Assembly (NCBI GenBank): GCA_963767925.1
Contig: CAVYGB010000008.1
Location: 576,001-640,000 of the forward strand
From: an uncultured delta proteobacterium
GTDB taxonomy: Bacteria > Myxococcota_A > Polyangia > Fen-1088
Length of the DNA: 64,000 nucleotides
Direction of reading: 5' to 3'
The notes beneath the pieces are model-generated. The model saw only the letters and a program-made list of their open reading frames with translations, was not told where the DNA came from and did not search any database. How positions within the stretch are numbered: the stretch's first letter is position 1; each line of letters starts with the position of its first letter. Below, piece by piece: positions 18,167 through 30,714 of this stretch. The position numbers were made by a program, and so were the translations under genes.

Positions 18167-21100
18167 ATGGGTAACTTATCTTCGAGAGTGAGTGGGGTCC
18201 TGGTGCTGGCTGCGGTCCTGACCGTGGGCTGCGGCACGAAACCCGTGACCACCATGGTGATCGGCTCTCGCTCCGATGGCGGAGCGACCCCTGTGCGCGA
18301 CGGTGGCACCACCACCACGCCCCCGCCGGGGATCGACCCCGCTCCCATGGGGATGTGCCCGAGCGCGCCGCCGGCCGAGCGGAAGGCAGCCGGGGACGCC
18401 TGCGCCTGCGACATCGAATGTGCGACCGGGACCTGTCAGGGCGGCGTGTGCTGCGCGGGCGCGGCCTGCGCCACCAAGAAGCCGCTCGGCGTGGGCTGCG
18501 AGAACGGTACCCAGTGTCTGTCGGGCTTCTGCGCCGACGGGGTCTGTTGCAACGTCGCCTGTACCGGGGCCTGCGTGGCCTGCAACCAGACCGCCCAGAT
18601 GGGCGAATGCGCCCCCATCCCGGCGGGCGGCGAGGACCAGCACGGAGTCTGCCGGCAGGACTCGCCCGATAGCTGCGGCCAGAGCGGCTATTGCAACGGC
18701 CAGGGCGGCTGCGCGAAGTTCGCCGCCGGCACCGTCTGCCAGCTCGCGAGCTGCGAGGGCAAAGAGAAGTTCGTTCCGGCCGGGCTGTGCGACGGGGAGG
18801 GCGTGTGTGTCCTCGGCGTCGCGCTCTCCTGCGCCCCTTCCACGTGCGAGGCCGGGGCCTGCCTCAGCAGCTGCACGGGCAACGACAAGTGCATGGCCCC
18901 CAACAGCTGCGTGGGCGGGAGCTGCGGGCCCAAGGGCGTCGGCCAGGACTGCAACGGCAACAACCAGTGCGCCTCCGGCTTCTGCGTCGACGGCGTCTGC
19001 TGCGAGAACGCCTGCGAAGGAAAATGCAAGTTCTGCGCGAGCCCCGAGGCCCGGGGCAAGTGCACCAACGTCCGGGCCAACGTCGTCGATCAGCGGGCTG
19101 CCCGCGGCGAGCGGGACCCGGCCAAGATCTGCGTGGCCCAGGATCCCAGCACCTGCGGCACCGACGGGCGCTGCAACGGGCAGGCCGGGTGCCAGCGCTT
19201 CCGCGAGGGGACGGTCTGCCAGTCCGCCCGCTGCAACGCCACCGCCAACAACGAGACCCCGGCCGGGGTTTGCAACGGCGGCGCCTGCCGGGTGCCTTCG
19301 GCCCGGGCCTGCACGCCCTACCGGGGTTGCAGCGGCAATGCCTGCCGGAACAGCTGCGGCAGCGACGCCCAGTGCTCGTCGGGCAACGTCTGCACCGCCG
19401 GCGACTGCGGCAAGAAGCCGAATGGGGCGGTCTGCACCAACGGCAACCAGTGCATGAGCAACATCTGCGCGCAGGGCCGCTGCTGTGCGGGCCAGTGCAA
19501 CTCCACCTGCAAGTCCTGCGCGCTGCCGGGGCAAGAGGGCACCTGCGCCAACGTGGGCCAGGGGGGCGCTGATCCCACCGGCATGTGCCGCGACGACGCC
19601 TGCTCGAACGGCTGCGACGGCAACGGCGGCTGCCGGCGCGAGCGGGGCGACGGCACCGTCACCTGCGGGGCGGCGACCTGCAACGGCAACTCCCGCGTGA
19701 CCCGGGTCTGCAACGCCAGCGGGGCCTGCGAGTCGCGGACCGCCGCCTGCGGCACCGGCTCCATGTGCGCGGGGGGGAGCTGCGTGGCGAGCCCCAAGGG
19801 CAACGGCGAGGCCTGCGTGGCCAACGGCGAGTGCCAGTCCCGCCTCTGCATCAACAACGTCTGCTGCTCCACCGCCTGCAACGGCGACTGCAAGGAATGT
19901 CAGGCGGGCAGCGGCACCTGCGGCAACCGCGGCGGCGGCTGCGGCAACGGCGGCACCTGCATGGCGGGGATCTGCTGCAACTCCGGGCTCACCAACTGCG
20001 GCGGCACCTGCCGGAACCTGCGCGAGGACCGGAACAACTGCGGCACCTGCGGCACCGCCTGCCCTGCCGGACAGATCTGCGAGGGGGGGGCCTGCATCTG
20101 CGACCCGCCGCTCATCCGCTGCGGCAACCGCTGCATCGATCCCAGCACCGACGTCGGCAACTGCGGCCGCTGCGAGAACGCCTGCCCCGCGGGCGGGACC
20201 TGCAACGGCGGCAGCTGCGGCTGCCCGGCCAGCGCCCCCTTCAACTGCAACGGCACCTGCCGGGCTTGCTGCGACACCTGCAACGCCTGCGAGCGCTGCA
20301 GCGACAACGGCCAGTCCTGCGTCGCCGTGGGCGACCAGGATGGCATGAGCTGTGGCGGCGGCCGGGTCTGCTGCGCGGGCACCTGCTGCGAGTCGGGCAA
20401 CATCTGCCGGGGCGGCGGCAATCGGAGCTGTGGCCCCGAGACGATGATGTGCGCCGACTGCGGGGGCGAGTGCAAGCAGTGCAACACCATGACCGGGGTC
20501 TGCGGCAACCGGGACAACGGCACGAGCTGCGCGGCGGGGGCGTGCGACGGCGGGGTCTGCCGGCCGCGGATGTGCCAGGACTGCGGTGGCGAGTGCAAGC
20601 AGTGCAACACGGTGTCCGGACAGTGCGGGAACAAGGACGACGGGACGAGCTGCTCGGGCGGGGCGTGCGACGGCGGAGTCTGCCGGCCGCGGATGTGCCA
20701 GGACTGCGGTGGCGAGTGCAAGCAGTGCAACACGGTGTCCGGTCAGTGTGGGAACAAGGACGACGGGACGAGCTGCTCGGGCGGGGCGTGCGACGGCGGG
20801 GTCTGCCGGCCGCGGATGTGCCAGGACTGCGGTGGCGAGTGCAAGCAGTGCAACACGGTGTCCGGACAGTGCGGGAACAAGGACAACGGGACGAGCTGCT
20901 CGGCGGGCGCCTGCGACGACGGGGCGTGCCGGCCGCGAATGTGCCAGGACTGCGGTGGCGAGTGCAAGCAGTGCAACACGGTGTCCGGACAGTGCGGGAA
21001 CAAGGACAACGGGACGAGCTGCTCGGCGGGCGCCTGCGACGACGGGGCGTGCCGACCGCGGATGTGCCAGGACTGCGGCGGCGAGTGCAAGCAGTGCAAC

Positions 21101-21466
21101 ACGGTGTCCGGGCAGTGCGGGAACAAGGACAACGGGACGAGCTGCTCGGCGGGCGCCTGTGACGACGGCGCGTGCCGGCCGCGGATGTGCCAGGACTGCG
21201 GGGGCGAGTGCAAGGAGTGCAACACCCGCACCGGCGAGTGCGGGAACAAGGACAACGGAACGAGCTGCTCGGCGGGCGCCTGCGACGACGGCGCGTGCCG
21301 GCCGCGGACCTGCACGGACTGCGACGGCGAGTGCAAGGAGTGCAACACGCGCACCGGCCAGTGCGGAAACAAGGACAACGGCACCGGCTGCTCGAACGGC
21401 GGCTCCTGCCAGGCCGGCGCCTGCCAGCCCCCCGACCCTCCCCCCCCACCCCCCGCCACCGAATAG
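18167..21466 (+). CDS. Cys-rich repeat lipoprotein, paralog 2 (8 x 41-aa C-terminal repeats)
   Basis: Lipobox LTVGC; head colinear with paralog 1; C-terminal tandem repeats; ends PPDPPPPPPATE. Confidence 0.9.
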   Translation: MGNLSSRVSGVLVLAAVLTVGCGTKPVTTMVIGSRSDGGATPVRDGGTTTTPPPGIDPAPMGMCPSAPPAERKAAGDACACDIECATGTCQGGVCCAGAACATKKPLGVGCENGTQCLSGFCADGVCCNVACTGACVACNQTAQMGECAPIPAGGEDQHGVCRQDSPDSCGQSGYCNGQGGCAKFAAGTVCQLASCEGKEKFVPAGLCDGEGVCVLGVALSCAPSTCEAGACLSSCTGNDKCMAPNSCVGGSCGPKGVGQDCNGNNQCASGFCVDGVCCENACEGKCKFCASPEARGKCTNVRANVVDQRAARGERDPAKICVAQDPSTCGTDGRCNGQAGCQRFREGTVCQSARCNATANNETPAGVCNGGACRVPSARACTPYRGCSGNACRNSCGSDAQCSSGNVCTAGDCGKKPNGAVCTNGNQCMSNICAQGRCCAGQCNSTCKSCALPGQEGTCANVGQGGADPTGMCRDDACSNGCDGNGGCRRERGDGTVTCGAATCNGNSRVTRVCNASGACESRTAACGTGSMCAGGSCVASPKGNGEACVANGECQSRLCINNVCCSTACNGDCKECQAGSGTCGNRGGGCGNGGTCMAGICCNSGLTNCGGTCRNLREDRNNCGTCGTACPAGQICEGGACICDPPLIRCGNRCIDPSTDVGNCGRCENACPAGGTCNGGSCGCPASAPFNCNGTCRACCDTCNACERCSDNGQSCVAVGDQDGMSCGGGRVCCAGTCCESGNICRGGGNRSCGPETMMCADCGGECKQCNTMTGVCGNRDNGTSCAAGACDGGVCRPRMCQDCGGECKQCNTVSGQCGNKDDGTSCSGGACDGGVCRPRMCQDCGGECKQCNTVSGQCGNKDDGTSCSGGACDGGVCRPRMCQDCGGECKQCNTVSGQCGNKDNGTSCSAGACDDGACRPRMCQDCGGECKQCNTVSGQCGNKDNGTSCSAGACDDGACRPRMCQDCGGECKQCNTVSGQCGNKDNGTSCSAGACDDGACRPRMCQDCGGECKECNTRTGECGNKDNGTSCSAGACDDGACRPRTCTDCDGECKECNTRTGQCGNKDNGTGCSNGGSCQAGACQPPDPPPPPPATE
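20447..21430 (+). repeat. Intragenic tandem repeat, 8 x 123 bp
   Basis: Unit MCQDCGGECKQCNTVSGQCGNKD(D/N)GTSCS(G/A)GACD(G/D)G(V/A)CRPR; tgccaggactg recurs at 20573 and 20696 (123 bp period). Confidence 0.95.
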
Positions 21467-21566
21467 CTCCGCACCGCCGGTAGTCGGTCGCCCTCTGCCA
21501 GCAGCCGCCGGGCGCGGGGGCGACCGGACCCCGGCTGGCCGCAATACCGTTCGGTCAGGTCTGTGA

Positions 21567-21680
21567 ACCCTCTCCCCGCGGTCCGCCGCGGGAGAAGGCA
21601 GGGCGTTGCCACGCCGGAGGCCCCTCACCCGTCCCGCAGAAGCGCCGACCTCTCCCCACGGCAGACCGCGTGGAGAGGTG
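21567..21680. repeat. REP-like GC-rich hairpin pair
   Basis: CCCTCTCCCCGCGG..CCGCGGGAGAAGG and CCTCTCCCCACG..CGTGGAGAGG; related element at 59311-59430. Confidence 0.55.
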
Positions 21681-21930
21681 TTTTCGCTAACGAGCTCCCA
21701 GGTGAAAGAGCCTGATTCGCGCTCATAGCGCTTCGCATCCGGAGGCCGTCTCCCCGATGCGCGCCGACGGCCATCCGACGCAAGCGCGGAATGAAAATGT
21801 CTGCTTCGGCGGTAGTAGCCCCCCGCATCCGTCGGGGCCTGGGCCAGGTACGGCCGGCGCCAGCGGGACTACCGTGCACCCGATCGGTGCGCATATTGCG
21901 GTCTGCACCCGGTTCGGCCGGGGGCGAAAC

Positions 21931-24210
<2,280 letters not shown>

Positions 24211-24805
24211 TCGACGCGAGCATTCCGACGGCGCGCCCCCTGTTGACCAGGGGGCGCGTGATCTGCGTTTAGCGCTGGGGTGTCGCTGAAATAATGCCTA
24301 CCGTCGGGTGGGCACAACCGGGCCGGATGGTCGCGTTCGGGATGGTTTCGGCAGCGTGATGGCGGCGCGCCCACCTGCGCTGCCCGGAGCGCACGCTCCA
24401 CGGATGAGTCCGCCGGGATCACAGCCCGGTCGAGCGTCTTCCCGGCGGGCGCGGTCGTGCGAGGGCCCGGGGTGTCGATCCCGGCGGCGGCGGTGAGGGT
24501 CTCGCCCGCTTGGCGCTTCGGCATCGGGCCATGGCCGGGCGCCCGCGTGCAAGAAAGGAAGATGGCGGCATCCTCGCGGCTCGACCACCCGCGACAGGTG
24601 GCCGTCCGGGGCCTCGGGGCCGGCTACGGACGGGACACGTGAGGGCGACGCGATGCCTCCCGACCGCGCCGAGGCTCGGTGCAGGCGCCTGCGGCTACCC
24701 GTGACAGCCCCGATGTCCGGGCGAGACCCCGAGGGGAGGAGACGTGCGCCCGGCCGTGACCGGACCCATTTTGCTCACGCGGCGGTGGAAGCGCGCGAGG
24801 GTGAC

Positions 24806-27025
24806 ATGACAACAGGGCAGGCCGACGGTTCGTCAGCGAAGGGGAGGGGACGCTCGACCAGCCTCGGGGCTGCCCGGGCGTCGAGGGCTGCATGGCAGGT
24901 GGTGCCGCTGGCCCTGGCCATCGCAGCGGCGGGCGCGCTCGGAGGGTGTGGCACCGAGACGGTGAACACCGGCGCAGGCTCGCTGGCCGACGGCGGCGAC
25001 CCCCGCGGGACGCTGGCCGACATCCCCGCGCGCTGCCTGCAACCGGGCGCCAGCGGGGATCGGGCGGTCGGTCAGGCCTGTGACTGTCCCAGGGACTGCG
25101 CGAGCGGAGCCTGTGTCCGCGGCCGTTGCGACGTCCAGCAGGCCGCCGGCATGGCCTGCGAGTCGGGATCGCAGTGCGATTCGGGCTTCTGTGCCGACGG
25201 GGTCTGCTGCGAGGTGGCCTGCACCGGTCCCTGTGTGAGTTGCAACCAGCCCAGCCGCCGGGGCACCTGTGCGCCGGTGCCGGCCGGCGAGGCCGACGTG
25301 CACGGCGTGTGCAAGGTCGAAACTGCCCAGAGCTGCGGCATGACCGGCCTGTGCAACGGCCAGGGTGGCTGCGCCCGTCACGTCGCCGGCACCGTCTGTC
25401 GCCCGTCCGCTTGCCAGGGGGCGGATCGGGTCCTGCCGGCCAGCCTCTGCGACGGGGATGGCGCCTGCGTGCTGGGTGCGCCTCTGGTCTGCACGCCTTC
25501 GACCTGCGAGGCGGGCGCCTGCCTCAGTAGCTGCACCGGAGACATCCAGTGCATGGCGCCCGCGAGCTGCGTCCAGGGGAGCTGCGGCCCCCGGGGCAAC
25601 GGGCAGGCGTGCAGCGCTGGAAATCAATGCGCCTCGGGGTTCTGCACGGACGGGGTCTGCTGCGACAGCGCCTGCGGGAGCCCGTGCACCTTCTGCGCGA
25701 GTCCCGATTCGCTCGGTCGCTGCACGCCGGTTCGCGCCGGCGCCATGGATCAGCGGGCCGCGCGGGGCGAGACCGACCCGACCCGGATCTGCAGCGACCG
25801 AGGCGCCGCGTCCTGCGCCACAAACGGGCGCTGCGACGGCCGGGGCGGCTGCCAGCTCTACGCGGACGGGACCGTCTGTCGGGCGCCGAGCTGCGACGCC
25901 GGCTCGAACGCCGCGACCGGAGAAGCGACCTGCGCCCGCGGGGCCTGCCGGGCCCCCACCGCCCGCGCGTGCGCCCCCTACCGCGGGTGCAGCGGCGGGA
26001 CCTGCCGGACCGCCTGCAGCAGCGACGGCCAGTGCGCCACCGGCACGGTCTGCCTGGGGGGCGCCTGCCGCCTACCGCCACCTCCGCCCGCCACCATGCC
26101 GACGCCAACCCCCACGCCGACGCCAACCCCCACGCCGACGCCAACCCCCACGCCGACGCCAACCCCCACGCCGACGCCAACCCCCACGCCGACGCCAACC
26201 CCCACGCCGACGCCAACCCCAGTTCCGACTCCGACTCCGACCCCGGTTCCGACACCAACCCCGACACCGACTCCAGTTCCGACACCGACCCCAGTTCCGA
26301 CGCCGACTCCGACGCCAACCCCGGTTCCCACGCCGACGCCAACGCCGGTGCCGACGCCAACCCCGGTTCCGACTCCGACGCCGACCCCGGTTCCGACGCC
26401 GACGCCAACGCCGGTGCCGACGCCAACCCCGGTTCCGACTCCGACGCCGACCCCGGTTCCGACGCCGACTCCAGTTCCGACGCCGACGCCAACGCCAGTT
26501 CCGACGCCGACTCCAGTTCCGACGCCGACGCCGGTGCCGACGCCAACCCCGGTTCCGACGCCGACTCCGACACCGACTCCAGTTCCGACACCAACCCCGG
26601 TTCCGACGCCGACGCCGACTCCAGTTCCGACGCCGACTCCGGTTCCGACTCCGACACCGACTCCAGTTCCGACACCAACCCCGGTTCCGACACCGACTCC
26701 AGTTCCGACCCCCACGCCGGTTCCAACCCCAACCCCCACGCCGGTTCCAACCCCAACGCCAGCGCCCACGCCGGTCCCGGTGCCACCGCTTCCCGTCCCG
26801 GTGCCCTCCGTGCCCCTCTCGGGCCCACTCGGGACGCCAGCCCTCCCGCCGCCCCCCGCGCCAACACCGCCAGCGCAAGCCGCCGCTCCCGCCGGCACGC
26901 CCGCGCGGCCGGTTCCGTCACAACATCGAAACCGCGCCGTCGCCCTCCTGCCGCGCGGGCGGCGCCGGGTGGGGCGCACACGTCGCCCCGGGGATTCATT
27001 CCAGCCCACAGCTTCGGCCCTCTGA
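24806..27025 (+). CDS. Cys-rich lipoprotein, paralog 4, with long Pro-Thr(-Val) tail
   Basis: GAGGGTGA RBS-like before ATG 24806; lipobox LGGC; same head; (PT)n/(PVPT)n tail. Confidence 0.85.
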   Translation: MTTGQADGSSAKGRGRSTSLGAARASRAAWQVVPLALAIAAAGALGGCGTETVNTGAGSLADGGDPRGTLADIPARCLQPGASGDRAVGQACDCPRDCASGACVRGRCDVQQAAGMACESGSQCDSGFCADGVCCEVACTGPCVSCNQPSRRGTCAPVPAGEADVHGVCKVETAQSCGMTGLCNGQGGCARHVAGTVCRPSACQGADRVLPASLCDGDGACVLGAPLVCTPSTCEAGACLSSCTGDIQCMAPASCVQGSCGPRGNGQACSAGNQCASGFCTDGVCCDSACGSPCTFCASPDSLGRCTPVRAGAMDQRAARGETDPTRICSDRGAASCATNGRCDGRGGCQLYADGTVCRAPSCDAGSNAATGEATCARGACRAPTARACAPYRGCSGGTCRTACSSDGQCATGTVCLGGACRLPPPPPATMPTPTPTPTPTPTPTPTPTPTPTPTPTPTPTPTPTPTPTPTPVPTPTPTPVPTPTPTPTPVPTPTPVPTPTPTPTPVPTPTPTPVPTPTPVPTPTPTPVPTPTPTPVPTPTPVPTPTPTPVPTPTPVPTPTPTPVPTPTPVPTPTPVPTPTPVPTPTPTPTPVPTPTPVPTPTPTPVPTPTPVPTPTPTPVPTPTPVPTPTPVPTPTPVPTPTPTPVPTPTPAPTPVPVPPLPVPVPSVPLSGPLGTPALPPPPAPTPPAQAAAPAGTPARPVPSQHRNRAVALLPRGRRRVGRTRRPGDSFQPTASAL
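26099..26780 (+). repeat. Pro-Thr/Pro-Val repeat tract
   Basis: Starts with 18-bp CCGACGCCAACCCCCACG units, then PVPTPT(PT) units. Confidence 0.93.
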
Positions 27026-27084
27026 GCGCGAGGCCCCCATGACCCTCGTCCGCCAGCCCGCGGTCACCCGGCAGAGGAGCCAGC

Positions 27085-28077
27085 ATGCGTGAGGACTGGT
27101 TGCTGTGGGTCGCCGAGAACGTCGCCCGCGGCGTCTCCCGGGACGCCCTGCTCGAGATCCTGCGCGAGCACGGCCAGCCCGCCGACGACCTCGCCACCGG
27201 CTCGATCGCCGCGCAGCTCGAGAACATCACCACTCTTCGCCTGCAGCGCCGCCTGGCCAAGTCCCTCTGGATCCTGAACTGCCTCGAGCGCGCCCGGGCC
27301 ACCGCCGACCTCACCGTCGAGCGCCGGCCCACCATCTCCCGTCCCGAGTTCCTCCAGAGCTTCTACGCCCTGTCGCGCCCGCTGGTGCTGACCGAAAGCC
27401 CGGACTTCTTCCGCCAGTTCGACGGGCTCTCCCTGGCCAGCATGCGCCGGGACTTCGGCGACCGCCCGGTGGAGTTCCAGGCCGGCCGCAGCATCGAGCC
27501 GGACTACGAGGTCAAGTCGGCCTCCCTGCGCACCCGGGCGACCCTCGGCGAATTCCTCGATCGCATCGGCGCGGAATCGGGCAACGACGTCTACCTGACC
27601 GCCAACAACGCCCGCTCCAACCGCGCGCTCATGAACGACCTGCTCGGGGAAAGGCGCGGGCCGGTCAATTTGTGTGGTCCGGACTGGGATGTGTCGCAGG
27701 TGTTTCTCTGGCTCGGTCCGGCTGGCTCCGTGACGCCGCTGCACCACGATCTGACCAACAACGCGCTCGCTCAGATCTTCGGACGCAAGCTGGTCCGGCT
27801 CGTGTCGCCCTTCCAGATCGAAAGCCTGTACAACAACCGTCATTGTTACTCGGAGGTCGACCCGGCCGCCGTCGACCTGCAGAAGCACCCGGATTTTGCC
27901 AAGGCCAACGTGCAAACCGTAATGCTGCTGCCGGGTGAAATCCTCTTCATACCGGTTGGCTGGTGGCACCATGTGACGGCGCTGGACGTCTCGGCGTCGC
28001 TGTCGCTGACTTGCTTCGGCGTGCCCAACCAGTACGAGGACATCTACCCGGCGTACCTCTCGGGCAGCGTCTGGTGA
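27085..28077 (+). CDS. JmjC/cupin-like 2-oxoglutarate Fe(II) oxygenase
   Basis: LWLGPAGSVTPLHHDLTNN..QIFGRK (HxD, 2OG-binding Lys) and LLPGEILFIPVGWWHHV (distal His); AGAGGAG RBS. Confidence 0.92.
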   Translation: MREDWLLWVAENVARGVSRDALLEILREHGQPADDLATGSIAAQLENITTLRLQRRLAKSLWILNCLERARATADLTVERRPTISRPEFLQSFYALSRPLVLTESPDFFRQFDGLSLASMRRDFGDRPVEFQAGRSIEPDYEVKSASLRTRATLGEFLDRIGAESGNDVYLTANNARSNRALMNDLLGERRGPVNLCGPDWDVSQVFLWLGPAGSVTPLHHDLTNNALAQIFGRKLVRLVSPFQIESLYNNRHCYSEVDPAAVDLQKHPDFAKANVQTVMLLPGEILFIPVGWWHHVTALDVSASLSLTCFGVPNQYEDIYPAYLSGSVW

Positions 28078-28316
28078 AGCGGGCGCCCCGCGTCGGCTCG
28101 ATCTGCCAAGCGAAACGCAGCAAATAAAGCGAGGGAGACCACCCTCTGATGTTGCAGTCCGGTTACGCCAATCCTAGATTGGCTCGGCCTTGCATGGTGG
28201 TCGAGTTTCGGCCGCCCGCGAGCAGGTGGGCCGCATCGGGGGGGAACGGCCACTGTCTTGCGGGGGCGAGGGGGGACTGGTGTGGACGCACGTGGCCTCA
28301 GACAGTCGTGTGATTC

Positions 28317-29306
28317 ATGAAACAACCCAAGTTCGTGCTGAGCGGCTGCCTTCTCCTGTTGCTGTCGGCCTGTGACTTCTCCCAGGAAGGCCTCGCCAGC
28401 GCCCAGACGCAGCCTCCGCCCGCCGGCGGCGCGCGTCCTGCGTCGGGTGGCTCGGGTGGCCGCATGCCGGTCGGCGGCAGGCCGGGCGGGGCGGGCGGGC
28501 AAAACACGCCGCCACCACCCGAGACCGTCGACCCGCCGATCCCGGCGTCACCCGACGCGGCGGTCGCCGATGGGTCGGTGTCGCCCGACGGCGCGCCGCC
28601 CGCGTCCGACGCGCCCGACGCGCCCGACGGCGACGCCGCCTCGATGATCAACACCCGGCCGATGGACGCCCCGCCCGCGGCCACCCAGCTCGTGAGCTGT
28701 CCCGCCGAGCAGAGCGCCCTTCGCCTCTGTCTGCGCTTCGAGAACAACCTCGACGACGAATCGTCGCTGGGCCGCACGGTGTCGGGCGAGCAGGTCTCCT
28801 TCGAGGCCGGCGTCCCCAGCGGGGGCCGCGCTGCCCGGCTCAGCTCGCAGACCTCCATCCGGGTCGCCGACTCCGCCGGCCTCGACCTGCTGACCTTCAC
28901 CATCGAGGCCTGGATCAAGCTCGACCGCCTCCCCACCGGCAGCGGGCGGGTCGCGGTCGTCGACAAGGACGGGCGTTACGGGGTGTTCGTGCTCCCCAAC
29001 GGGGCCCTGTCCTGCTCGGCCCGGGGCGCCGCCGCCACCACCTCGGGCGGCGCGATCCCCGCCGGGCAGTGGGTGGCCATCGCCTGCACCGCCACGACCG
29101 GAGCCGTGCAGAGCTGGGTCGCCGGCGAGGAGCGCGCCGAGGCCGCCTCGCCCAGCGGCACGCTGGGCCCGCTGTTGCCGGGCATGGCCATCGGCAGCAA
29201 CATGCCCAGCGGCGACCCGTTGATCGGGTCGCTCGACAACCTGCGGATCTGGAACCGGGTCCTGTCCGAGGGCGAGATCTGCGGCAGCGCCCTCGGCTGC
29301 CAGTAG
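28317..29306 (+). CDS. LamG/ConA-like domain lipoprotein
   Basis: Lipobox LSAC, Pro/Asp-rich linker, FTIEAWIK..GQWVAIACT..GSLDNLRIWNRVLSEGEI. Confidence 0.88.
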   Translation: MKQPKFVLSGCLLLLLSACDFSQEGLASAQTQPPPAGGARPASGGSGGRMPVGGRPGGAGGQNTPPPPETVDPPIPASPDAAVADGSVSPDGAPPASDAPDAPDGDAASMINTRPMDAPPAATQLVSCPAEQSALRLCLRFENNLDDESSLGRTVSGEQVSFEAGVPSGGRAARLSSQTSIRVADSAGLDLLTFTIEAWIKLDRLPTGSGRVAVVDKDGRYGVFVLPNGALSCSARGAAATTSGGAIPAGQWVAIACTATTGAVQSWVAGEERAEAASPSGTLGPLLPGMAIGSNMPSGDPLIGSLDNLRIWNRVLSEGEICGSALGCQ

Positions 29307-29313
29307 CCGCCGC

Positions 29314-30465
29314 TCAGGGCGCCGGCGTGGGCGCCGCGACCGGGGGCGCGCCTCGCACCCCCAGCTCCAGCTCGAACAGCCCCGCCTGTCCATCGGAATT
29401 GCTGGTCAAGTAGAGCGCCGTCTCCGACCAGCCGTGGCGGCCCGACCCGAAGGCCATACCCCAGAGCTGATCACGATTCAGGTCGGCGAGGAGCTCGCTG
29501 CGGCCGTTCCGGATGCGCCGGACGCCGCCGCCGGGTCCTCCCGAGCTGTAGATGTTGCCGCACTCGTCGACGGCCATGGCGTAGGGGTAGGGGATGTTGC
29601 GGGCGATCACGTTGGCCGGCCCGAGCTGCCCCTGTGGCCGCACCGCGAACGAGACCACCGTGTCCTCGGTCAGCAGGCCGGCGTAAAGCGTCTGGTGGTC
29701 CGGGCTGAAGGCCAGCCCGCCCACCTCGTCATCGGGCGATGCCACAACCCGCTCCTGGCCGGTCGCCGCGTTCACCAGGTAGATGAGGCCGTCGTTGCTG
29801 CTGACGTACAGGCGGTTGCCGGTGCCGACCGCGATCTTCATCGGCGCCTCGGTTTCGGCGGAGAAGAGGACCGCCCGGCTGGGCGGGTTGTAGCGGATGA
29901 CCTCGTCGGCGCTGTAGTCCGCCACCAGCAGGCTGCCGTCGGTCAGGAAGCGCAGCGCGCCGCCCTGGGTCCCGAGCACGCCGCGCAGGATGACCTCGGT
30001 CATGCCGTCGGCCATCCGGATGATGTCGTTGCCGCGGATGAGCAACATCCGACCTTCGGGATCGAAGGTGAAATCATCGCTCGTGATGTTCGGGTTTCGC
30101 AGCCGGACCGACCGGGGGGACCCGGGCAGCGTGGTGCAATTCGTCGCCACCGTGGCCGCGGCATCGGGCGGGGGCGCCTCGACCGCCGCGTCCATGGCCA
30201 CCGGGGGGGGCGGCGGAGGAGGCGGCGGGAGCGGGTCGATGGGCGGGGCAGGGGCCACATCGGTCGGAGCCGCCGAAGCGTCCGGCGGGGGGGCCGGCTC
30301 CTGCGCAGGAGGGTCGATGTTGCTGGGGGGGGGCCCGGCGTCGCTGGTCGCCGGCTGAGGACGCAGGGGGGTGATCAGCCCATGGTCCTTGACCTCGCAC
30401 CCGAAGCTCGAAGCGCCCAGGCACCCGAACAGGATCGACACGCCCAAAAATCGGAAAGCAGGCAT
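29314..30465 (-). CDS. SMP-30/gluconolactonase-like beta-propeller lipoprotein
   Basis: Signal ending SFGC, Pro-rich linker, GLAFSPDHQTLY, MAVDECGNIY, FGSGRHGWSETALY. Confidence 0.78.
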   Translation of the reverse strand: MPAFRFLGVSILFGCLGASSFGCEVKDHGLITPLRPQPATSDAGPPPSNIDPPAQEPAPPPDASAAPTDVAPAPPIDPLPPPPPPPPPVAMDAAVEAPPPDAAATVATNCTTLPGSPRSVRLRNPNITSDDFTFDPEGRMLLIRGNDIIRMADGMTEVILRGVLGTQGGALRFLTDGSLLVADYSADEVIRYNPPSRAVLFSAETEAPMKIAVGTGNRLYVSSNDGLIYLVNAATGQERVVASPDDEVGGLAFSPDHQTLYAGLLTEDTVVSFAVRPQGQLGPANVIARNIPYPYAMAVDECGNIYSSGGPGGGVRRIRNGRSELLADLNRDQLWGMAFGSGRHGWSETALYLTSNSDGQAGLFELELGVRGAPPVAAPTPAP

Positions 30466-30714
30466 ACGTACTCCGAGGTTGAGTTGAAGGATGACTCGAC
30501 CACCTACACCGTTTGCCGCTCGGGCCGATGCGTCCCCGCAACGTTGGCCCGTGCTGCGCCAAGCTCGACTATTTGGGACCTGTCACCGGGCCGAAGTCCC
30601 GGACATGTGAGCGCCGTCCGCGACGACGCATAGGGCCACGTCCGGTATATGCCCTAGCAAGTAACGCCGATGATAACAGGTCCCCTCGATAGCCGTGCAG
30701 CCTTCTCCCTGGTC

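Noticed and set aside
20447..21430. Possible CRISPR array
   Set aside because: Contiguous 123-bp in-frame coding units with no unique spacers and no cas genes in the window.
15055..21466. Multiheme cytochromes, or TraA kin-recognition receptors
   Set aside because: CxxC pairs are not followed by His (no CxxCH series); no PA14-like domain, MYXO-CTERM or adjacent traB/OmpA gene.
21690..21930. Riboswitch or ncRNA in the long spacers of the array (also 24210-24800)
   Set aside because: No recognisable conserved motif by eye; an Rfam/Infernal scan would be needed.
25549..27042. Alternative frame giving SD/DA repeats like staphylococcal Sdr proteins, and the antisense GV-repeat ORF
   Set aside because: No signal peptide or sensible N-terminus; the PT frame is continuous with the conserved head and third-position variation fits it.
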